Shown here: positions 35,801-44,421 of the stretch, piece after piece
Position numbering within the stretch: position 1 is the first letter of the stretch
Layout: each line of letters opens with the position of its first letter
DNA from: an uncultured delta proteobacterium
GTDB lineage: Bacteria; Myxococcota_A; UBA9160; SMWR01
Assembly (NCBI GenBank): GCA_963832165.1
Contig: CAWHTE010000007.1
Coordinates: 768,001 to 832,000, forward strand
Length of the DNA: 64,000 nucleotides
Direction of reading: 5' to 3'
Notes under the pieces: generated by a model
The model's input: the letters and a program-made list of their open reading frames with translations, nothing else
The model's database searches: none
What the model was told of the DNA's origin: nothing
Translations under genes and position numbers: made by a program

Positions 35801-36397
35801 CGCCGACCACAGTCCCGTCACGCGCGACATCGCGATCGCGTGGCGGCCGAGGTCGAGCGCCTCCGCGGGATCCCCCGGATAGAGCACGGGCATGTGCATG
35901 TCGGAGAGCGCGCCCGCGGACGACGAGGGAAGTGTGGAGCTCTTCGCGGCCGGATCGTCGCCCACGATCGCCACCGCGCCGCCGTGCATCGAGGTGCCGG
36001 CATAGACCGCGTGGCGCAGCGCGTCGGTGGCGCGATCGACGCCGGGCGCCTTGCCGTACCAGATCCCGATGACGCCGTCGTAGAGGCAGTCGGGCTGCGC
36101 GGCCGCGATCTGCGAGCCCATCACCGCACTCGCCGCATACTCCTCGTTCATCGCGGGGCGGCAGACGACCGGGAGATCGGGTGCCAGCCTGGCGGCCGAT
36201 GCGACGGTCACGTCGTAGCCGCCCAGCGGCGAGCCGGGATAGCCCGAGATGAACGCCGCCGTGTTCAGGCCCGCGCGCCGATCCGCGCGCAGCTGCTCGA
36301 GCGGAAGGCGGGCGAGCGCCTGGATCCCGGTCAGGAAGACCGTTCCGGAATCCGCGAGATATCGGTCGACGAGCCGATACGGCTCTGCCCGCGGCAT
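32894..36397 (-). CDS. Indolepyruvate ferredoxin oxidoreductase family (fused alpha/beta)
   Basis: SGYPGSPLGG, WYGKAPGVDR, FCSGCPHN, GDGTYFHSG (TPP), CEGCGHC, GIGGTGVVT, YKDEYEVARL. Confidence 0.95.
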   Translation of the reverse strand: MPRAEPYRLVDRYLADSGTVFLTGIQALARLPLEQLRADRRAGLNTAAFISGYPGSPLGGYDVTVASAARLAPDLPVVCRPAMNEEYAASAVMGSQIAAAQPDCLYDGVIGIWYGKAPGVDRATDALRHAVYAGTSMHGGAVAIVGDDPAAKSSTLPSSSAGALSDMHMPVLYPGDPAEALDLGRHAIAMSRVTGLWSALKIVADVADATATVHLHPERIVPVMPQVEGQLYRHRPDAILLAPFSVEREREIYEVRYELARQYAVDNALNAVAVETPNATIGIVASGITYREVREAFARLGIKSDDEIRACGIRVLKMGMPLPFDAGTIRNFARGLREVFVIEEKQPNIEALIKDALYGLADRPIVVGKMDEVGEQLVPGHGALDADILVPILRRRIEARVGVKLAPEQAPAGHAVAALSVQRTPFFCSGCPHNRSTEVPEGSLVGAGIGCHTMVMLMDPERIGSVTGVACMGNEGTQWIGMADFVARKHFVQNLGDGTYFHSGQLAIQAAVAAKVNITFKLLYNGTVAMTGGQHPQGQLAVPEVARILHTQGVARVLITTEDVERYRDAALPSSVEVWERTRLLEAQELLAQIPGVTVLIHDQGCAAEARRLRKRGKIPTPQQRVVINHRICEGCGHCGEVSNCLSVQPIDTPFGRKTTIDQTTCNLDFSCLEGDCPSFMTITPKRTRRARKDESAAVREVLPEPPANLPEPAPIVSEDEFAMRITGIGGTGVVTVAQVLGTAAMLDGYHVRGLDQIGLSQKAGPVVSDLRLSRSAPTATNRLGEAQADLLLAFDQLVAASEKGMLTADPARTAVVGSTSPTPTGEMITHPGVRLPSPGDLTRRIAAVTRADAQHWADAFAITEDLFGRATTANFFVVGMAHQAGCLPISAAHLEEALALNGTAVEANIAAFRWGRAQIAAPQAVAAARRVDLGDDVQVVASAHVVPEAIAARIAALGAPPALQAELTRYAAELCAWQSVRTARGWLDALERVSHAERGVDPESTRLLAAVAASLFKLTAYKDEYEVARLMTDADGLAAAREVAGRNGRIAWKLHPPILRAMGLTHKIAIPSWAGPAVRLLAKGKFVRGTPFDPFGYAHVRRLERELPGEYVAAIDRVLARLDASSLDAAVKLAELPDLVRGYEGIKVPRVENYRQRLREALAAFE

Positions 36398-36450
36398 GGC
36401 AAAGACCCCCGTTGCATTACGATAGCTGACGACGGTGGTAGGCTGCGCGG

Positions 36451-37242
36451 ATGCGCTGGATCCTTCCGCTCGCGGTCGCGCTCGCCGCTGCCGCTTCGGC
36501 GGAGGAGCAGAGCGCGAGCCCGCAGGCGGTTCTCGAGGCCGCGTTCGCGAACCGCTTCGAGGTGGACATGATCTCCGAGATGGAGATCGTGGTGCGCGAT
36601 CGCGGCGGGAGCGAGCAGCGCCGCCTGGTGCAGGCCGTCTCGAAGCGCATCGACGGCCGGTCCAACTCGATCGGCCGCGTGCTCGAGCCCGCGAGCCTGC
36701 GTGGGCTCACGGTGCTGATCTCGGAGGTGGCGGACGGTGGCCGCGACACATTCGTGTACCTGCCCGCACTGCTGCGCGCGCGCCGGATCGCCGGCGCGCA
36801 GCGGCTCGATGCGTTCCTGGGCAGCGACCTCACCTACGAGGACTTCGAGCGCCAGCGCGCCGCGGATTTCACGGTCGAGCCGCTGCCTCCCGAGGTCGTG
36901 GCGGGCGAGCCCTGCACGATGCTGCGCGCGCTGCCGCGCGACGAACGCGCCTACGCGTCGATGGTGGTCGCGGTGGCGCCCGATCACGCGATCCTCGAGT
37001 ACCGCTATTTCAAGCCCGAGGCCGCGACGCCCTATCGCGTGATCGAGACGCCGCGCGACCAGATGCACCGCGAGGGCGGGCATCTGCTGCCGACGCTGTT
37101 CGCGGTGCGCCACCTCGAGCGCGGCACGGCCACCGACCTCGTGCTGCGCAAGCTCGCGGTCAACCCGAAGATCGACGACCGCATCTTCTCCGTGCGCACG
37201 CTCGACCAGCAGCGGCCGCTGCCGCGGATCCGCGCACAGTAA
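36451..37242 (+). CDS. Outer-membrane lipoprotein-sorting protein (LolA-like)
   Basis: Signal peptide; YLPAL.RARRI, FLGSDLTYED, F...TL. Confidence 0.8.
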   Translation: MRWILPLAVALAAAASAEEQSASPQAVLEAAFANRFEVDMISEMEIVVRDRGGSEQRRLVQAVSKRIDGRSNSIGRVLEPASLRGLTVLISEVADGGRDTFVYLPALLRARRIAGAQRLDAFLGSDLTYEDFERQRAADFTVEPLPPEVVAGEPCTMLRALPRDERAYASMVVAVAPDHAILEYRYFKPEAATPYRVIETPRDQMHREGGHLLPTLFAVRHLERGTATDLVLRKLAVNPKIDDRIFSVRTLDQQRPLPRIRAQ

Positions 37243-37253
37243 GGGAGGTTTCC

Positions 37254-37739
37254 ATGCGTGAATTGCTCGAGCGTTTCGCCACGATGCCGCGAAAGACGTT
37301 CGCCCCTGGAGAGACGCTCGTGGTCGACGGGCAGCGATCGGGGTCGCTCTACGTCCTGATCGAGGGCACGCTCGAGGTGCAGAAGGGCGGTGTGCGCATC
37401 TCGACGATCAACGAACCGGGTGTGTGCATCGGGGAGGTCGGGCTTCTCCTCGACATCCCCGCGACGGCCACCGTGGTAGCCGCCACGCCGACGACCGTGC
37501 ACGTGGCCGAAGATGGCGCGGCAGTGTTGCGCACCGAGCCCGAGGTGACGGTGGCGGTCGCCCGGCTCCTCGCCGAGCGCCTCAACCTGGTCACGACGTT
37601 CCTCGCCGACCTCAAGCGTCAGTACGCCGGGGAGGGCGGATCGCTTGCGGTGGTGGACAAGGTGTTGGCCGGTCTCACCCAACGGACCGGGCCCGCTGCG
37701 AAGCCGGGATCGGCTCGCGAGCCCGACCCGCTGTATTGA
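37254..37739 (+). CDS. Stand-alone cyclic-nucleotide-binding domain protein
   Basis: F.PGE.L..G, LYVL.EG.LEV, GEVGLL, ATVVA; no HTH; GGAGG RBS. Confidence 0.85.
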   Translation: MRELLERFATMPRKTFAPGETLVVDGQRSGSLYVLIEGTLEVQKGGVRISTINEPGVCIGEVGLLLDIPATATVVAATPTTVHVAEDGAAVLRTEPEVTVAVARLLAERLNLVTTFLADLKRQYAGEGGSLAVVDKVLAGLTQRTGPAAKPGSAREPDPLY

Positions 37740-37752
37740 TCGGAGCGCAGGG

Positions 37753-38502
37753 TCAGAACGACGGGCGCTGGAGCACCAGGGGTTCGTCGAGCCGTTGCAC
37801 CTCCACGCCGAGCAGCGAGCGCCAGGTCGCCTCGTGCGTGTCGACGTCGATCTCGATGTGCGCGGGCACCGGGCCGATCTGTCGCCCGGCGTTGAAGACC
37901 CACGTCGAACCGATCCGATCCACCCATGAACCGTCCTCGCGAAACGGCGGGTTGTGCACGTGACCCGTCAACACCAGGTCGGGTTGGTACTCGATGATCC
38001 AGCTGCGCAGATCGGCGTCGCCGTAGTGCTTCTTTCCGGTCCAACAGGTCGGCGAGTCGCTCGGAGGCCAGTGATACACCCACACCCACGTTCCGGGCGG
38101 GCGCTGGCCGTCGCTTCGGAGCTGACCCGCGACGCGGGAATGACCGCGCGGGCCGTCCCACCACGGGCACACCGTCACGGTGGCGTCGTGCAGGGCCAGG
38201 ACGTCTCCGTCGACGCGGACCCCCAGCGCTCGCAGCGGTTCCAGCCACAGCGCGCATTGTTCACCGTCGGCGTCCGGACCGGTGAGATCGTGATTGCCCG
38301 AGGCGACCAGCAGCTTGTTCGGCTCGGCAACTCGCTCGAACACGGCATGCAGCACGGCGATCTGGGCATCCAGCGGCACCGACGATGCGATGTCGAGCTG
38401 GTCGCCGGCCAGCACCACGAGGTCGTAGTCCGGAATGCGGCCCAGTACCCAGTCGATCTGGGGAAGCACATAGTGCAGGTCCGAGACCAGCAGGATCCGC
38501 AC
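37753..38502 (-). CDS. Metallophosphoesterase (Icc/CpdA-like)
   Basis: SDLH, AGD, GNHD, H.PP, GHVH. Confidence 0.9.
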   Translation of the reverse strand: MRILLVSDLHYVLPQIDWVLGRIPDYDLVVLAGDQLDIASSVPLDAQIAVLHAVFERVAEPNKLLVASGNHDLTGPDADGEQCALWLEPLRALGVRVDGDVLALHDATVTVCPWWDGPRGHSRVAGQLRSDGQRPPGTWVWVYHWPPSDSPTCWTGKKHYGDADLRSWIIEYQPDLVLTGHVHNPPFREDGSWVDRIGSTWVFNAGRQIGPVPAHIEIDVDTHEATWRSLLGVEVQRLDEPLVLQRPSF

Positions 38503-38534
38503 GCCGTCTCCTCCCACTTCGCCCTGACGGCTGA

Positions 38535-39089
38535 TCAGATCTCCAGCGGCGCGATGTCCGCGAGCGAGATCTTGCGCTGCGCGATGCCCGCGAACATGTC
38601 GACGCCCGAATACGTCTCCTCGCCCGTGAGCTTTCCTTCGGCCTGGTCCACCGGCCACACCACGCCCATGCGCGACTCGCCCACGTAGTAGGCGTTCGGA
38701 TCGTCCACCTCGATGCCCATCGCGCGCAACGTCGTACCCGGGTAGGCCATGCGCATCACGCCCTCGGTGAACACGGAATCCGCGTCGACGATCACGCGGT
38801 CGCACGCGAACTCGAGCCGGAACGCGCCCGTCTGGACGATCGTGAGATCGTAGAACTGCCGCACGGCGTCCTTGCTGCCGGTCGGGTTCAGGATCGGGTC
38901 GTTCGGCATCGAGTGGGTGACATAGCGCGGCCGTTGCGTGAGCGTCGCGACGACCCCCTCGATGTCGGCCTTCGCCTCGGCCTTCATGTGCGCGAGCACG
39001 AGCTCGAGGTTGCGGCGCAGCGTCGGGTCGCGTTCGTCGGCGAGTCGCTTCTCCACGAGCTTCCAGGTGCGGTTCGGATCGAGCTTCAT
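38535..39089 (-). CDS. NTF2/SnoaL-like protein
   Basis: HMKAE..D..GV..TL, G..AVR.FY, GEETY. Confidence 0.75.
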   Translation of the reverse strand: MKLDPNRTWKLVEKRLADERDPTLRRNLELVLAHMKAEAKADIEGVVATLTQRPRYVTHSMPNDPILNPTGSKDAVRQFYDLTIVQTGAFRLEFACDRVIVDADSVFTEGVMRMAYPGTTLRAMGIEVDDPNAYYVGESRMGVVWPVDQAEGKLTGEETYSGVDMFAGIAQRKISLADIAPLEI

Positions 39090-41458
39090 GACTTGTCTCC
39101 CTTCTTATGGTCTTCGTTCGCCTTCGGCTCACTGGGCGCAGCTTGCAACCAGGCCGGCTGTGTTCCGATGATTCCCTCGCGCTCCCAGCGCGCGAGCTCG
39201 TCCTCGGAGATGCCGAGCTCGCCTGCGAGCACCTCGCGGTTGTGCTGTCCGAGCGTAGGCGGCGGACGCCGCGGCCGCCCGTCGGCGAGGCCGACGTACG
39301 GAAGACCGGGATAGCGCGCGGCGCCCGTCACCGGATGCTCGAGCGTCTGGAAATAGCCGCGATGCTCGAGCTGGGGGTGCGGCATCACGAAGTGCGCGTT
39401 CACGAGCCGCTGCGCGGGAACTCCTTTGTCGAGCAGCTCCTGCTCGAGCATCGCGACGTCTCGGTTCGCGAGCGTGCGAGCGAGCGCGGCGTCGATCGCG
39501 TCGTGCTGCGCGCGCCGGTCGGTGAACTGCGCCAGCGAGCCCTCGGGCAGCAGCGAGATGACCGCGCGCCACTGCGCGTCGCTCTCCACCGCGATCGCGA
39601 TCCGCTCCCCGCCGCGGCAGGCGTAGACTCCTTGCGGCGCCGCGTCGGGACTGCGGTTCCCCTCGGAGCAGAGCAGCACGCCGTAGGCGCTGTGCTCGAT
39701 CACCTGCTCGGCGGCGATGTTCAACCCCGGCTCCACGAGCGGCACCTCGACGAGTTGACCGCGCCCCGTGCGGCGCCGGTGCTCGAGCGCAGCGAAGAGT
39801 CCGACGACGGCGTGCAGTCCTCCGACCGGATCGCACACGTTCGCAACCATCGGAAGATCGGGATACCCACCACGCCAGGCGATTCCGCACGCTTGCTCGA
39901 TGTTCATCGCGAAGCCCGTCCGGTCGCGCCACGGGCCGTCGAGTCCCCAGGCCGGCATGCGCACGACCACGAGCCGCGGGTTCCACGCCGACAGCGTCTC
40001 GAAGCCGAGGCCGAACTGCTCGAGCACGCGCGCGGAGTAGTTCTCGATCAGGACGTCCGCACGCTCGACGAGCGTGCGCAGCGCGGCGCGCGCCTCCTCG
40101 CCGTCGAGCCGCAGCGTGATGGCGCGTTTGTCCGTGTTGACACTCTGGAAGATCGAGCTCGCCTCCCACACGGGCAGCCCGGGCTTCGCGTTCACGAAGC
40201 GGATGCCGTCGGGTCGCTGGATCGATTCGATCTTGACCACCTCGGCGCCCAACATCGCGAGGGTCTGCGTTGCGAACGGGCCGGCCCAGAACGCGGTGAG
40301 GTCGACTACGCGCAGGCCCGCGAGCGGTGCTTCGGCGGTGGTGTTTGGCCCGTGTTCGCGCTCGTTTGCGCGCGGGAGCCAGCCCGGCGTGTGCTCCCCG
40401 AGCCGCGGCGCGCGTTCGATCGACGCGCGATCGACCTCCGCGAGCGCGATCGGCGGCCGCGGCTGCACGAAACCATGCGGGTTCTCGACGAACACGCCGC
40501 GCTCGGTGAAGTGATCGGTGCGCGGCAGCGTCTCGCCGTTGCCGACCGGCGCCGACGGGATCCGCAGCAGCTCCGTCTGCTCGAGGATCTCGGCGACCTT
40601 GCGCTGACGCGTCCAGTCGCGGATCACCTGGTGGAAGAATGGCAGGTTCGCCGAACGCTCCTGCGCCCAGCGCCAGCGCGGATCCTTGCCGATCTCCGGC
40701 CGGCCGATCATCAGGCAGAAATCTTCCCACTGCTGGCTGGTCACGGGCGCGAATCCGACCCAGCCGTCGGCCGCGGGCTCGACTCCCGGAGCGTCGAGAT
40801 ACATCGGGAGGTCTCCGCCGACGAACTGGCCGTTGAGATCGGAGAACACCGGGCCGACGGCGATCATCGCCTCGAAGATCGACACGTCGACGTGTCGGCC
40901 GCGTCCGGTGGCACGCGCGGCTGTCCACGCGCCGAGCGCCGCGACCGCTGCGAACGCGCCCGCGGCGTACTCGCCGAGCCGGCCTCCGGCGCCGACCGGC
41001 CCGCGCTCGGCCATCCCGCGGCGCGCGATCAATCCGGTCGCCGCCTGCAGCGTGAACTCGGTCGCTGGCCTCTCGGCGTAGGGGCCGGTCGTCCCCCACG
41101 GTGTGATCGAGACCACGCACAGGCGCGGGTTCGCCGCGCGGAGCTCTTCGGCACGGCTGTTCGCGAATACGATGTCCGCCTCGCGCGCGAGCTCGCGCAG
41201 GCGCGCGCGCGAGGTCTCGTCGGCGCCGCACAGCGCCGCGCGCTTGCCCGCGTTCAGGAACTGGAACAGCGCGGAATCCGTGTTTTCTGGAAGCTCGACA
41301 CGCGCGGCGGTGCGCCGCCGCAGCGGGTCGCCGGGCGCTTCCTCGATCTTGAGCACGTCGGCGCCCTGGTCGCACAGGAGCTTCGTCGCGTACGGCCCCG
41401 CGATCTCGGTCGAGAGATCGAGCACGCGCAGTGCCGAGAACGGGCGCTTCCCGGCCAT
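39086..41458 (-). CDS. Class III CoA transferase (CaiB/BaiF), tandem double domain
   Basis: Two L.GLRV.DL...AGP repeats, GA.V.K.E, P.LG.H. Confidence 0.93.
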   Translation of the reverse strand: MAGKRPFSALRVLDLSTEIAGPYATKLLCDQGADVLKIEEAPGDPLRRRTAARVELPENTDSALFQFLNAGKRAALCGADETSRARLRELAREADIVFANSRAEELRAANPRLCVVSITPWGTTGPYAERPATEFTLQAATGLIARRGMAERGPVGAGGRLGEYAAGAFAAVAALGAWTAARATGRGRHVDVSIFEAMIAVGPVFSDLNGQFVGGDLPMYLDAPGVEPAADGWVGFAPVTSQQWEDFCLMIGRPEIGKDPRWRWAQERSANLPFFHQVIRDWTRQRKVAEILEQTELLRIPSAPVGNGETLPRTDHFTERGVFVENPHGFVQPRPPIALAEVDRASIERAPRLGEHTPGWLPRANEREHGPNTTAEAPLAGLRVVDLTAFWAGPFATQTLAMLGAEVVKIESIQRPDGIRFVNAKPGLPVWEASSIFQSVNTDKRAITLRLDGEEARAALRTLVERADVLIENYSARVLEQFGLGFETLSAWNPRLVVVRMPAWGLDGPWRDRTGFAMNIEQACGIAWRGGYPDLPMVANVCDPVGGLHAVVGLFAALEHRRRTGRGQLVEVPLVEPGLNIAAEQVIEHSAYGVLLCSEGNRSPDAAPQGVYACRGGERIAIAVESDAQWRAVISLLPEGSLAQFTDRRAQHDAIDAALARTLANRDVAMLEQELLDKGVPAQRLVNAHFVMPHPQLEHRGYFQTLEHPVTGAARYPGLPYVGLADGRPRRPPPTLGQHNREVLAGELGISEDELARWEREGIIGTQPAWLQAAPSEPKANEDHKKGDKS

Positions 41459-41460
41459 CG

Positions 41461-42945
41461 CTACGGCTCCTGCGTGGGTGGCGGCGCGGCCGCGCGGCGC
41501 TCGAGCGCGGTGGCCATCACCTCGCGCGCCCTCGGGAGGTCGGGATTCAGGTTCAGTGCCGCCTGGCTGTGTCGCAGCGCATCATCGAAACGCCCCGCAC
41601 CCAGATAACAGTAGGCGATTCCCTGCTCCATCATCGCATTGTGCGGCGAGATCTGCAGAGAATGGGCGAAGAGCACGTCCGCATTGCGCCACACGCGCGT
41701 CTGGACGAAGGCCGCCGATCCGAGCGCGAAGAGCGCAGCCGCCACCGACGCCACCGCCACGCCTTGCGCCAGAGGACTCCGCAGCCGAGCCGCGAGCAGC
41801 TCCCAGCCGCCGAACACCATCGCGACGAACAGGCCGATGTGGGCGAGATGCGTGTAGCGATCGGCCATGCCCTGGGTGCCGTACTGCGCGAGCCCGAGCA
41901 CCGGGACGAGCGCGACGAGGAACCAGAGCCAGCCCACGAGCGGATAGCCGCGCCGCCGGTAGCGGACGGCCAGCGCGGTGAGGGCGGCGAGCAGCAGCGC
42001 GCCGAGCAGGATCTGCGCGCCCGTCCACGGCTCGCCGCCGTCGCTCGCGAGATAGGGGTGGGGATAGTGCGACGACAATTGCGCTGGCCACACCGTCTTC
42101 GCGACGTACCACGCCGGAGCGGTGATCGCGTGGACGAGTCGGTCCGCGAGCGGGATCTGCTCGAACGAGATGCGGTTGCCTTCCTGGAAGCTCGCCGTCA
42201 CGAGCAGCACCGCGAGGGCCGCCGCGAAGAACGGGACCTTCTCCGCGAAGAGGCGGACGAGTCCGGCGCGCGGGCCGGGCGGAGCGGAAAGGGCTGGACC
42301 GGGCGCAGCGTTTCCGAAGCGGCGCAGCGGCCAGTAGTCCAGCAGCAGGAACAGCACCGGCAGCGCGACCCAGGTGGCCTTCGAGAGCAGCGCGGCGACC
42401 GCGCACAGAAGCGACGCCGCGTAGGCGCGCAGCGAACCGCGCACGGCGAAGCGCGCGTAGCCGATCAGCGCGAGCAGTCCGAACGCGGCGGAGAGCACGT
42501 CCTTGCGGCTCGCGATCCAGGCCACGGACTCCACGCGCATCGGGTGCAGCGCGAACAGCGCTGCGGCGATCGCGCTGGGCCACAGGGCCCCTGTGAGCAC
42601 GCGCAGCAGCACGTAGACGAGCACGCTGTCGATCGCGTGGAGCGCGGCGTTCGTGGCGTGGAAGGCTCCCGGATCGACACCGAAAAGCGTCGCATCGGCC
42701 ATGAGCGACAGCACCACGAGCGGCGACCAGTTGAACGGCGCCGCGTCCCCGAACGCCGCGCGCGCGCCGTCGAGTCCGATCCCGGCCTTCACCCAGTCGT
42801 TGCGCGTGACGTACTTGTCGTCGTCGAAGAGGCACGCGTCGTCCGATCGAGGCGGGAGCGATATGAAATCGAAACCGAGGGTCTGTCCGTAGACGGCCAG
42901 GGTTGCGATGACGAGCGCCGCCGCGACTGCGAGATCGCGTCTCAT
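41461..42945 (-). CDS. TMTC/PMT-like multi-pass glycosyltransferase with C-terminal TPR
   Basis: FDD..YV, FALHP.RVESVAWI..RKDVL, LLSK, LLDYWPL, ADRY, W.N..LF, TPR. Confidence 0.8.
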   Translation of the reverse strand: MRRDLAVAAALVIATLAVYGQTLGFDFISLPPRSDDACLFDDDKYVTRNDWVKAGIGLDGARAAFGDAAPFNWSPLVVLSLMADATLFGVDPGAFHATNAALHAIDSVLVYVLLRVLTGALWPSAIAAALFALHPMRVESVAWIASRKDVLSAAFGLLALIGYARFAVRGSLRAYAASLLCAVAALLSKATWVALPVLFLLLDYWPLRRFGNAAPGPALSAPPGPRAGLVRLFAEKVPFFAAALAVLLVTASFQEGNRISFEQIPLADRLVHAITAPAWYVAKTVWPAQLSSHYPHPYLASDGGEPWTGAQILLGALLLAALTALAVRYRRRGYPLVGWLWFLVALVPVLGLAQYGTQGMADRYTHLAHIGLFVAMVFGGWELLAARLRSPLAQGVAVASVAAALFALGSAAFVQTRVWRNADVLFAHSLQISPHNAMMEQGIAYCYLGAGRFDDALRHSQAALNLNPDLPRAREVMATALERRAAAPPPTQEP

Positions 42946-43005
42946 GCGTGCCGCAGGCTATCTTGGCGCTGCCATGGAGTCACTGGCCGAACCGCGGAGG
43001 CCGAG

Positions 43006-43395
43006 ATGAAGAGCCCGATCGACGCCTGTCACCACGTCGCGATCGTCGTGCGCGACGCAGCGGCGGCACGCGCATTCTACGGCGAGCTGCTCGGGCTCGA
43101 GGAGCTCGAGCGGCCCGCGGACATCCGGGATCGGATCCCGGGCGCCTGGTACCGGATCGGCCCGCTCGAGCTGCACGTGTTCGAGCAGCGGGATTTCTCG
43201 CCGCCCGCGGCCGCGATCGGACCGCACATCGCGCTGCACACCGCCGACTTCGACGGCACCGTCGAGCGGCTGCGCGCGCGCGGCTGCACGTTCGCGTTCG
43301 GCCCCGGGCGGGACGGCGACGGGACCGCGCGCGCGATCGTGCGCGACCCGACCGGCAACGTGGTCGAGATCACCGACGCGGCGCTGCGCGCCTAG
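43006..43395 (+). CDS. VOC/glyoxalase family protein
   Basis: HHVAI.V.D, FYGELLGL, H.AL, DPTGNVVE. Confidence 0.88.
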   Translation: MKSPIDACHHVAIVVRDAAAARAFYGELLGLEELERPADIRDRIPGAWYRIGPLELHVFEQRDFSPPAAAIGPHIALHTADFDGTVERLRARGCTFAFGPGRDGDGTARAIVRDPTGNVVEITDAALRA

Positions 43396-43428
43396 CGGCG
43401 ATTGCGTCGCCGAGAGGGGGTTCACCGC

Positions 43429-44421
43429 ATGAGCGACAAACCGCTGCGAATCGGAGTCCTCGGCGCCGCCCGGATCACCCCGATGGCGCTGATCCGCCCC
43501 GCGCGCCAGGTGGACGAGGTGAAGGTGGTCGCAGTCGCCGCGCGCAGCCCCGAGCGTGCCGTGGCGTTCGCCGCGCGCCACGGCATCGAGCGCGTCCACG
43601 AGAGCTACGACGCGCTGCTCGCCGACGATGCGATCGACGCGATCTACAACCCGCTCCCGAACGGTCTGCACGCCGAGTGGTCGATCCGCGCGCTCGAGGC
43701 GGGCAAGCACGTGCTGTGCGAGAAGCCGATCGCCTCGAACGCGGCGGAGGCGGAGGAGATGGCCAAGACCGCGGAACGCACGGGTCGCGTGCTCACGGAG
43801 GCGTTCCACTGGCGCTATCACCCGCTCGCGGCGCGCATGCGCGAAGTGGTCGAGACGCAGCTCGGCGAAGTCCGTCACATCGAAGCGATGCTCTGCTTCC
43901 CTCTGCCGTTTTTCAACGATATCCGTTACTCCTGGGAGCTCGCGGGCGGCGCCATGATGGACGCCGGTTGTTACACGGTGAACATGGTGCGATGGCTCGC
44001 GGGCGCCGAGCCCGAGGTGGTGAGCGCGGAGGCTCGGCTCGCGAAGCCGAACGTCGATCGCTACATGCGCGCGGAGCTGCGGCTGCCGGGCGGACGCACG
44101 GCTCGCGTCACCGCGTCGATGTTCTCCGCGCGGCTCTTCGCGATCAAGGCGTGGGCCGTGGGCAGCGGCGGCGAGATGAGCGTATTCAACCCGCTCGCGC
44201 CCCAGTTCTACCACTCGCTCAAGATCGTGAAGCCGGGATCGACCACGCGCGAGCGGATCCGGGGCGACGCGACCTACACCCATCAGCTCCGCGCATTCGC
44301 GGAGCACGTGCGCGGAGGAAAGCCGATGTCGAGCGATGCGCGCGACGGGGTTGCGAACATGCGCGTGATCGACGCGATCTATCGCGCCGCGGGTCTGCCG
44401 CCGCGCGGGACGTCCGCGTGA
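43429..44421 (+). CDS. Gfo/Idh/MocA family oxidoreductase
   Basis: IGVLGAARI, GKHVLCEKP, GGAMMDAGCY. Confidence 0.93.
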   Translation: MSDKPLRIGVLGAARITPMALIRPARQVDEVKVVAVAARSPERAVAFAARHGIERVHESYDALLADDAIDAIYNPLPNGLHAEWSIRALEAGKHVLCEKPIASNAAEAEEMAKTAERTGRVLTEAFHWRYHPLAARMREVVETQLGEVRHIEAMLCFPLPFFNDIRYSWELAGGAMMDAGCYTVNMVRWLAGAEPEVVSAEARLAKPNVDRYMRAELRLPGGRTARVTASMFSARLFAIKAWAVGSGGEMSVFNPLAPQFYHSLKIVKPGSTTRERIRGDATYTHQLRAFAEHVRGGKPMSSDARDGVANMRVIDAIYRAAGLPPRGTSA

